Source: an uncultured Sphingomonadaceae bacterium (GTDB lineage: Bacteria > Pseudomonadota > Alphaproteobacteria > Sphingomonadales > Sphingomonadaceae). Taken from it: 64,000 bases of DNA. Under the pieces are notes generated by a model. The model was not told the DNA's origin, searched no databases, and saw nothing but the letters and a program-made list of their open reading frames with translations. Within the stretch, counting starts at the first letter, position 1; each line of letters begins with the position of its first letter. The stretch lies in NCBI GenBank assembly GCA_964422435.1, contig CAYRBB010000007.1:12363-76362 (forward strand), written 5' to 3'. The position numbers and the translations under genes were made by a program. Shown in pieces: positions 12,935-20,315 of the stretch.

Positions 12935-13198
12935 CTATTCGCGCGCGCGGTCTGCCTGCAACTGCACCGTAGGCGGAGTCACCACAACCGGGCGATTAAT
13001 GCACAGGCGATCCGGCGAACCGACGCCGATCTGCCGTGCCGGGACAAGTTGTGCGGGGGCGACGACAACCGGCTGGCAATCGGTCTTTTGATCCGTGCTT
13101 GCCACGCTCACCACAGCGCCCTGGGCAGCGGCCACAGGCTCTGCTGCGAGCGTGAAGCCCGAAATAACGGCAAGCAGGGTGAGCAATTGGCGGAGCAT
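12935..13198 (-). CDS. 87-aa secreted hypothetical protein upstream of secA (candidate secretion-monitor/arrest peptide)
   Basis: From ATG 13198: MLRQLLTLLAVISGFTLAAEPVAAA|QG signal peptide; two Cys; ends PVVVTPPTVQLQADRARE*; co-oriented, 87 nt before secA. Confidence 0.7.
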   Translation of the reverse strand: MLRQLLTLLAVISGFTLAAEPVAAAQGAVVSVASTDQKTDCQPVVVAPAQLVPARQIGVGSPDRLCINRPVVVTPPTVQLQADRARE

Positions 13199-13345
13199 GT
13201 TGGGTGTCAGATAGCGATTGTAGCCGCGAAGTCTATGGGTGAATGCGCGAATGCCCGGTGAAAAGGCCGCACAAGCTGGTCGCTTCGCAGCATATCCTGC
13301 CATCATTAGCCAATTTCTAATGGTTAATGGCTAGTTCTCGCCGAT

Positions 13346-14374
13346 ATGCAGGAGGGCGTTCACAAGTCGGAAAATCCGGGGCGCTTGCCGCTCCTCGATG
13401 CTCTGCGCGGTATCGCTGCACTCGCTGTCCTGCTTTATCATGCGAACAATCTGTTCCCGGGGCTTGGAGCTTTTGCGCGAGCCTATCTCTTCGTGGACCT
13501 GTTCTTCCTGCTGAGCGGCTTCGTTCTCACTGCTGCTATCGATGGGAAGATGCGCGCGGGCCTGCGTGTGGCGCAGTTCATGCGAAAGCGCTGGCTGCGG
13601 CTTTGGCCAATGATTGTAATTGGCGCGTTCGTCGGTGCAATCCCTTTTGCGATGGTCAATGATGACGCCACGACAAGCGTCCACCTGCTCAAGGCGATAT
13701 TGCTGATCCCGCTTCTTGCCCTCGCGATCAATCCCTACCCACTCAACCCACCGCACTGGTCCCTCGCCATGGAATTAATCGCCAATTTCCTTCACGCAGC
13801 AATATTGTGGCGATTGCCCACGAAGGCGCTCTATGTACTCGTGGTTTTCCTAGCGGCGATCCTCGGCTGGCAGATCCATGTTGCTGGCGTGAACAATTTC
13901 CAGTCTGACGGATTTTCTTGGCCGCTCGCCTTGTCACGCGTCGTATTCGCTTATGTGCTGGGGATGGCGATTGCCCGCAAGCATTCGGAGCGTGATGTGA
14001 GGCAACCCGGGATCGGGCCAATCATGGTGCCTTTGATCGTCATCATGACGCTGCCATTCGTACCGTTTCACAAAGCACTCGTGGATGGCGCGGTGACTTT
14101 GTTCATCTTGCCCGGGATCTTTCTATGGGCGACGGTGACCCCACTGCCGCAGCGCTTTGTTCGCGCGGCGGACTCGTTGGGCGTTATGTCTTATCCACTT
14201 TATGCCGTGCACCTGCCGATACTGGTAATGGTGGCGAGTTGGCGTGGCGATGGTCTTGGACTGCTCCTCGCCTGTGCTTTGTCGCTTTCACTTGCGTGGA
14301 TTCTGGCGCAGATGTTCGAGCGCAGCCGAAACCGCGCGGAGGCGAAGCCGAGTCGGCAACACCTGCCGACTTGA
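13346..14374 (+). CDS. Acyltransferase family 3 (OafA-like) membrane O-acyltransferase
   Basis: LDALRGIAALAVLLYH, VDLFFLLSGFVL, RWLRLWP, WSLAMELIAN, SYPLYAVH; multiple TM segments. Confidence 0.9.
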   Translation: MQEGVHKSENPGRLPLLDALRGIAALAVLLYHANNLFPGLGAFARAYLFVDLFFLLSGFVLTAAIDGKMRAGLRVAQFMRKRWLRLWPMIVIGAFVGAIPFAMVNDDATTSVHLLKAILLIPLLALAINPYPLNPPHWSLAMELIANFLHAAILWRLPTKALYVLVVFLAAILGWQIHVAGVNNFQSDGFSWPLALSRVVFAYVLGMAIARKHSERDVRQPGIGPIMVPLIVIMTLPFVPFHKALVDGAVTLFILPGIFLWATVTPLPQRFVRAADSLGVMSYPLYAVHLPILVMVASWRGDGLGLLLACALSLSLAWILAQMFERSRNRAEAKPSRQHLPT

Positions 14375-14398
14375 CGGAAAGTCGCGGCACGCTACGCC
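14351..14398 (+). promoter_or_regulatory. argJ promoter (probable leaderless mRNA) with adjacent inverted repeat
   Basis: TTGACG(14371)-N16-TACGCC(14393), 6 nt to ATG 14405; AGTCGGCA-N5-TGCCGACT at 14351-14371. Confidence 0.5.
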
Positions 14399-14404
14399 CA
14401 CGCA

Positions 14405-15631
14405 ATGGACATCGACCGCTCTCCACTCGCCAAGCCCTTTCCAGAAATGTCGCCCATACAGGGTGTGACACTGCGCGTGGCGCGGGCCGGGTACAAGGAT
14501 TGGGATCGTGCCGATCTGACCTATTTGGAACTGGCCGAAGGAACTGCCTTGGCAGGCGTCTTTACGCAAAATGTGTGCTGCTCTTCCGAAGTCGAAATTG
14601 GGCGCGAGGCGGTTACCAAAGGGCGAGCGCGGGCACTAATTGTCAACGCGGGCAATTCCAATGCCTTTACCGGCTATCGCGGACGCGAGGCGGTGGAGCA
14701 GATTATGACGCAGGTGGCGGACCATCTGGCCTGCGATCCAACTGAAGTGCTCGTGAGCTCGACCGGCGTGATCGGAGTGCCCTTGCCCAAGGACAAGGCG
14801 CGCGATGGTGTGGCAGCCGTGCTGGACGCGAAGCCTTGCGGATGGGAGGACGCTGCTGCCGCAATCGGCACGACCGACACCTTCACCAAGGGCGCGACAG
14901 CCACGGCGATGATCGGCAGCACCAAGGTCACGTTGAACGGCATCATCAAGGGTAGCGGTATGATCGCGCCCGACATGGCAACCATGCTCGGCTATATCTT
15001 CACCGATGCAGCGGTGGAGCCGGGCTTTCTCCAGCAATGCCTGAGCGCGGCGAACGAGAGGACATACAGCTGCATTACCGTCGACAGCGACACCTCCACG
15101 AGCGATACGGTACTGGCCTTTGCGACCGGCAAGGCCGACAACGCTCCCCTTACCTCTTTCGACGATCCCGGTGCGGATGCTTTCATGGCCGCACTGGAAG
15201 ACGTGTGCCGCCAACTCGCGCATCTGGTGGTGCGGGACGGTGAAGGCGCGCAGAAATTCATCGCGGTGAACGTGTCCGGTGCCGAAAGCGATGAAAGCGC
15301 GCGCCGCATCGGCCTCGCCATCGCCAATTCGCCATTGGTGAAGACAGCAATAGCGGGTGGCGATGCCAACTGGGGGCGCGTCGTGATGGCAGTCGGCAAA
15401 GCGGGAGAGCCTGCAAATCGCGACACACTTTCTATCGGTTTTGGCGGCACCTGGGCTGCGCGCGATGGATTGCCGGTTGCCGGCTATGACGAGGCACCCG
15501 TCGCGAAGCATCTCGAGGGCAAGGAGATCGACATCACCGTCGACCTCGGTATCGGCAATGGCCACGCCACCGTATGGACCTGCGATCTCACCCACGGATA
15601 TATAAGCATCAACGCGGATTACCGCTCGTGA
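14405..15631 (+). CDS. argJ: Bifunctional glutamate N-acetyltransferase/amino-acid acetyltransferase
   Basis: NAGNSNAFTG, SSTGVIG, GTTDTFTK, KGSGMIAPDMATML, DSDTSTSDT, DGEGA, YISINADYRS. Confidence 0.97.
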   Translation: MDIDRSPLAKPFPEMSPIQGVTLRVARAGYKDWDRADLTYLELAEGTALAGVFTQNVCCSSEVEIGREAVTKGRARALIVNAGNSNAFTGYRGREAVEQIMTQVADHLACDPTEVLVSSTGVIGVPLPKDKARDGVAAVLDAKPCGWEDAAAAIGTTDTFTKGATATAMIGSTKVTLNGIIKGSGMIAPDMATMLGYIFTDAAVEPGFLQQCLSAANERTYSCITVDSDTSTSDTVLAFATGKADNAPLTSFDDPGADAFMAALEDVCRQLAHLVVRDGEGAQKFIAVNVSGAESDESARRIGLAIANSPLVKTAIAGGDANWGRVVMAVGKAGEPANRDTLSIGFGGTWAARDGLPVAGYDEAPVAKHLEGKEIDITVDLGIGNGHATVWTCDLTHGYISINADYRS

Positions 15632-16434
15632 CTGACATCATGGCCTTTCACAATGCGGTCGAAGCACTGCTGCGCAAAGTCAGCGAGACCGCGATTCTGC
15701 CCCGCTTTCGCAATCTTTCGGCGGGCGAAGTCGAAGACAAAGGCAGCAACGATCCCGTAACCGTTGCCGACGGCGAGGCCGAAGAGATGCTGCGCGAAGG
15801 TCTCGACAAGATCATCCCCGGCCTGGCCTTTGTTGGCGAGGAAGCCGCGCATGCCGATCCGGACGTGCTCGAGCGCTTGAAAGGTGATTGCTGGATCGTC
15901 GACCCGCTCGACGGGACACGCAATTTTGCCAGCGGGGAGCCGCCTTTCGGCGTTCTCGTTGCCATGGCGTCTGGCGGGGAAGCGCATACGGGGTGGATCT
16001 ACGATTGCCTGACAGGCCGTTTCTGCGTCGCGGACAAGGGCAAAGGCGCGTTTATCGGGACCGAGAAGGTCACTGCGATGCCCACGGGCGAAACGCCGCC
16101 AGTCGCCGCGATTTCGCTCATCTTCATGGACGATGCGCAGCGCGAGGCGGTGAAGGCGCATATCTGCCCGCATTACCGCCTGACCGACATTCCCTATTGC
16201 GCCGCCGAGCAATATCCGCGCCTCGCGCTGGGTACGAATGACGTCTCGATTTTCGAACGCACACTCGCTTGGGACCATGCGGCTGGTGCGCTATGGCTCA
16301 ACGAGGCTGCTGGAAAAGCCGCCCGGCTCGATGGATCGCCCTACCGCGTAGACGAATGGCAAAGAAAAGGGCTGGTCGGTGCGGCCAGCCCTCAACTGTT
16401 CGATGAAATGGTAGAGCGTTTGAACGCAATGTAG
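15628..16434 (+). CDS. Inositol monophosphatase family protein
   Basis: DPVTVADGEAE, VGEE, WIVDPLDGTRNF, WDHAAG; GTGA overlap with argJ stop. Confidence 0.9.
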   Translation: MTDIMAFHNAVEALLRKVSETAILPRFRNLSAGEVEDKGSNDPVTVADGEAEEMLREGLDKIIPGLAFVGEEAAHADPDVLERLKGDCWIVDPLDGTRNFASGEPPFGVLVAMASGGEAHTGWIYDCLTGRFCVADKGKGAFIGTEKVTAMPTGETPPVAAISLIFMDDAQREAVKAHICPHYRLTDIPYCAAEQYPRLALGTNDVSIFERTLAWDHAAGALWLNEAAGKAARLDGSPYRVDEWQRKGLVGAASPQLFDEMVERLNAM

Positions 16435-16437
16435 CGA

Positions 16438-16758
16438 TCAAAGCTGCGCTTCCAGCCAGTCTTTCAGCGCGTTTTTCGGTGCCGCACCCATTTGCTGAGC
16501 CACAGCCTCACCATTCTTGAATACGACCAGGAACGGGATCGACTGGACACCCATTTTGCCCGGCACTTCCGGGTTCTCCATAATGTCCATCTTGGCAATG
16601 GTCACCTTGTCGGATAGCTCGTCAGACAATTCTTCCAGCGCCGGTGCGATCATCTTGCAGGGGCCGCACCAGTCGGCCCAGAAATCGACCAGAACGGGCT
16701 TGTCGGCATCCAGCACATCGGCCTGGAAGCTATCGTCGGTGACATTGATTGTGGCCAT
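16438..16758 (-). CDS. trxA: Thioredoxin
   Basis: WCGPC active site; start MATINV after GGAG. Confidence 0.97.
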   Translation of the reverse strand: MATINVTDDSFQADVLDADKPVLVDFWADWCGPCKMIAPALEELSDELSDKVTIAKMDIMENPEVPGKMGVQSIPFLVVFKNGEAVAQQMGAAPKNALKDWLEAQL

Positions 16759-16850
16759 TGCGGCTTCTCCTGAAATCTCTGCATTTTTGGTTGTGCCCAA
16801 TCTGGGCATCATGTGGGTTATCGCAATAACTAACGCACGATAGCTTTTGT

Positions 16851-19800
16851 TTATCCCCCGACGGGTTCGTCTTTCAGTCCCGGACGGTTACGCGCAAGCA
16901 CATCTGCCGGAATAGCGATGATTTGCGGCACCTGCGTGTAGAGCACAGCCGCCTCGATTCTCCGCCCGGGGTAAATAACCTCCAAGGCAGCGGCATAGGC
17001 ACCCATTTGCACCAGCGTGCTGCGCGGGATGCCCTCCAATGAAGTCGGCGGGCGGCGGGCGGTTTTGAAATCTGCCACGAGCACGCGGTCTTCGGTTATC
17101 AGCAGCCTGTCTGCGGTACCTGCAATCACCTGCTCGCCAACCACAGCCGCCAGCGGCACTTCGGCAAGCGCGTGAGGACTGAACAGTTCCTGCCATTCCG
17201 GCGCGTCGAGGACCGCGATTGCGCGGGCCAGTATCTCCTCTCGCTCTTCCGGCGTGAGATCGGCCCCATGCCTTTCGAGCCATCTTCTGCCCCCTGATTC
17301 CCGCATGTCGCAAGGCGTGTCCGGGAAGCGTTCGAGCAGCGCATGGATCAACACACCTCGCCGGGCAGCAAAGGCAGTCTGCTCTGGCGGGAGTGGCGGG
17401 TCGGCACCTGTCTCGTCGGTGCTAGCAGAAGGCGCAAGCGGGCGAGGCGGAAGCGGTTCGGGGCCGATGGGGGTTGTCACCCAAACCGGAAGCACCGCGC
17501 GGTCACCCTCGCTTTGGAATTCCGAGTTGGGAAGCGGTCCGGCATGTCTTCCAAGTACCGCCCGCGCGCCCCAGATCGGGTCTTCGACCCAACCGCCACC
17601 AAACAGCGGTTCGAGCCGGGCATACCAGCTATCGGGTTTCGGCCCGTCCTTGCTCCGCAGATTGAGCGCTCCACCGATAAACAAGGCCTCTTCGGCGCGG
17701 GTCATCGCGACATAGAGCAGCCGCCAGTGTTCCTGCCGTTCCTCCGCCTTCGATTTCTCGTCCGCTGCAGCAATAGGTCCGACACGCTTCTCCTTGGAAA
17801 GCGGCAGGATCGGAATTTCGCGACTGGACCGCTCACCGATGATTTCCTCCTCAAGATCGAGACTTGAGCGGCGCGAGGCGTCGGGATCACTGCAAGCATC
17901 GGCAAGGATGACAATGGGCGCTTGCAGCCCTTTGGATCCATGCACTGTCATCACGCGCACCAAACCACCGCTACCCTCAGCCTCCCGCTTCAACTCGCCA
18001 TCACCAACGTCGAACCAACGGATGAAGCCTTGTAGGCTAGGTGTATGCGCGGCGGAGAATTGCAGCGCGGCCCCAAGCAATTCGTCAATCGGGTCGTTGG
18101 CCTCTCGCCCCAATCTTGCCACCAGCTTGCCGCGCGCCCGCCATGGACCAACGAGCATCCAGTGCAGCATCGCCTGTGGCGGCTCGTAATCGGCAATAGC
18201 CAGCAAGCCTTTAAGCATTTCGACCGTAGCCAAGACGTCAGGATGCGATCCCTTGCGCAAATGATCCCAAAGACGCGTTTTTTCCGGGCGGTATCCGTGT
18301 TCGAGCAATTGCTCCTGCGACCAACCAAAAATCGGCGAGACAAGCAGGCTGGCAAGCGAAAGGTCATCCCCCGGTTGAGCGGCGAAGCGCAATGCCGCCA
18401 TCAAATCCTGCACCGCCAGCGGCGCGCCGAGCCGCAATCGGTCGACGCCGGCCACGGGCACGCCGCGCGCATGCAGGCGCGCGACGATGGGGTTCACCAA
18501 TTCGCCACGCTTGCGCACAAGGATCATGATATCGCCCGCCGTGGCATTGCGGCGCTTGCCCTTTTCGAGCGTGAAACCGTGGTCGAGCCAGTGCTTCACC
18601 TGATCGGCGATTTTATCCGCCATGCGCCGTTCGGACGGTGTGACGCGGTGTTCGGCGCCGTCATCACCTTCGCCAACATCCTCGGCCAGCGCCGGCACGG
18701 GCTTCCACAGCGTGACGAGCCCGGCCCGGTCGTCGCCGACATGCGGTTCGGGCGGCTTTTCGATGCCGATATCGTCGTGCCCTATCGCCGCAATAACCTG
18801 ATCCACAAAGTTGAGGATCGGCTGCGAAGTGCGGTAGGAACGGCCGAGGTCGAGATCCTGCAAATCGCGCGCACTTATATTGGCGCGCGCTTTTTCCGCC
18901 TGTTCGCGCCGTTTGCGAAGCACACCGGCATATCGCCGCCGTGCATCGTCGAAGTTCTTCGGGCTTGTCCCCTGAAACCCGAAAATCGCCTGCTTGTAAT
19001 CGCCGACCACGAAGATCGTGCGCTGGCGATCGCCGCGTTGGCCGTAACCGGAGAAAAAATCGTCCGTCAGCGCATCGACGATTTCCCATTGCTGCTCATT
19101 GGTATCCTGGGCCTCGTCGACAAGGATATGATCGAATCGCCGGTCAAGCTTGTAACGGATCCAGTCCGATTGGTCCTTGTTCCGGAGAAGCTCTGCCGCC
19201 TTGGCGATCAGGTCGTCGAAATCGACGAAGCCTTCGCGCTTTTTCGCCTCATCCCAAGCAAGCGCGAATTTGCGACCGACCTCCAATGCCGGCGCAAGGA
19301 TGGAGACCAACTCGAGCAGCGTGGCCTGTTCGGCAATCGCTCGCAAATGTTCCAACGCCGTAGCGCCAAATTGCACAGCTTCGGGAACCTTCTTCGAGAG
19401 ATTTGTCTGATCCTTTAGCTGGCTTTTGTCGTTGAACAGCTTCCCCAAGAGCTCTCCCGCTGCCGCAAACCGTGCCTCGGGATCGAGCAATAGCCAATCG
19501 CCCACACGTGAAGCGTAGTCACTGCCCTTCTTGGTATTCCACTCGTCATAGGCCCACATCACCTTGCGCAAGGCATCGACCGTGGGGGATCCATCTGTAC
19601 AGGTCGCGCTCAGCTTGGCGGCGTCGGCATCTGCAGGGATTTCAAGCAATTGCTTTACCCGGCCCGCCATCGGCGGCTGCCATGCGCCCTCGCCGAACCA
19701 CGCATCGCGCGCGCCGGCGCAGCGCATCAGCCATCCACGGGCGCCATCCGGTCCGAGCCGGAGTGAGAGCATTTCGAGCGCCTCGACAGCCGTCGGATCA

Positions 19801-20315
19801 CTCACCTGCCATTCAACCAGCAAATCACGCAACACGCGATCGGCCAGCAGGTCACGGTGGCGATCTTCCATCGCCTTTGTGCCGGGGATCAGCCCCGCCT
19901 CGTTCGGGAATGCACTGAGCAACCATTGCGAGAAGGCGTGGATCGTATCGATGCGCAGGCCGCCGCCGGGGCAATCGAGCACTCTGGCAAAAAGCGTCCG
20001 CGCTCTTGCGACGGTTTCGGGATCGAAATCGGCTCCGATATTGTCGAGTTGTACGGCCAGCGGCTCACTCGGCATCCGCACCCAATTGGCGAGCACTTCA
20101 TTGACGCGCTCGGCCATTTCGGCTGCGCCCGCCTTGGTAAATGTGAGACACAGGATGTTTTCCGGCTCAACACCCTCCGTCAGAAGCAACCGCAGGACGC
20201 GAGCCGAAAGCACCTGTGTCTTTCCCGTGCCCGCACTGGCAGATAGCCACACGCTATCTTCGGGGACCACCGCCTTGCGCTGGTTGTCCTTGAGGGGAAA
20301 GACGGTTCCGCTCAC
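16851..20315 (-). CDS. addA: Double-strand break repair helicase/nuclease AddA
   Basis: ASAGTGKT, TFTKAGAAEM, DEAQD, TVHGSKGL, YVAMTRA, C-terminal nuclease GTADRL..DFKT. Confidence 0.96.
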   Translation of the reverse strand: MSGTVFPLKDNQRKAVVPEDSVWLSASAGTGKTQVLSARVLRLLLTEGVEPENILCLTFTKAGAAEMAERVNEVLANWVRMPSEPLAVQLDNIGADFDPETVARARTLFARVLDCPGGGLRIDTIHAFSQWLLSAFPNEAGLIPGTKAMEDRHRDLLADRVLRDLLVEWQVSDPTAVEALEMLSLRLGPDGARGWLMRCAGARDAWFGEGAWQPPMAGRVKQLLEIPADADAAKLSATCTDGSPTVDALRKVMWAYDEWNTKKGSDYASRVGDWLLLDPEARFAAAGELLGKLFNDKSQLKDQTNLSKKVPEAVQFGATALEHLRAIAEQATLLELVSILAPALEVGRKFALAWDEAKKREGFVDFDDLIAKAAELLRNKDQSDWIRYKLDRRFDHILVDEAQDTNEQQWEIVDALTDDFFSGYGQRGDRQRTIFVVGDYKQAIFGFQGTSPKNFDDARRRYAGVLRKRREQAEKARANISARDLQDLDLGRSYRTSQPILNFVDQVIAAIGHDDIGIEKPPEPHVGDDRAGLVTLWKPVPALAEDVGEGDDGAEHRVTPSERRMADKIADQVKHWLDHGFTLEKGKRRNATAGDIMILVRKRGELVNPIVARLHARGVPVAGVDRLRLGAPLAVQDLMAALRFAAQPGDDLSLASLLVSPIFGWSQEQLLEHGYRPEKTRLWDHLRKGSHPDVLATVEMLKGLLAIADYEPPQAMLHWMLVGPWRARGKLVARLGREANDPIDELLGAALQFSAAHTPSLQGFIRWFDVGDGELKREAEGSGGLVRVMTVHGSKGLQAPIVILADACSDPDASRRSSLDLEEEIIGERSSREIPILPLSKEKRVGPIAAADEKSKAEERQEHWRLLYVAMTRAEEALFIGGALNLRSKDGPKPDSWYARLEPLFGGGWVEDPIWGARAVLGRHAGPLPNSEFQSEGDRAVLPVWVTTPIGPEPLPPRPLAPSASTDETGADPPLPPEQTAFAARRGVLIHALLERFPDTPCDMRESGGRRWLERHGADLTPEEREEILARAIAVLDAPEWQELFSPHALAEVPLAAVVGEQVIAGTADRLLITEDRVLVADFKTARRPPTSLEGIPRSTLVQMGAYAAALEVIYPGRRIEAAVLYTQVPQIIAIPADVLARNRPGLKDEPVGG

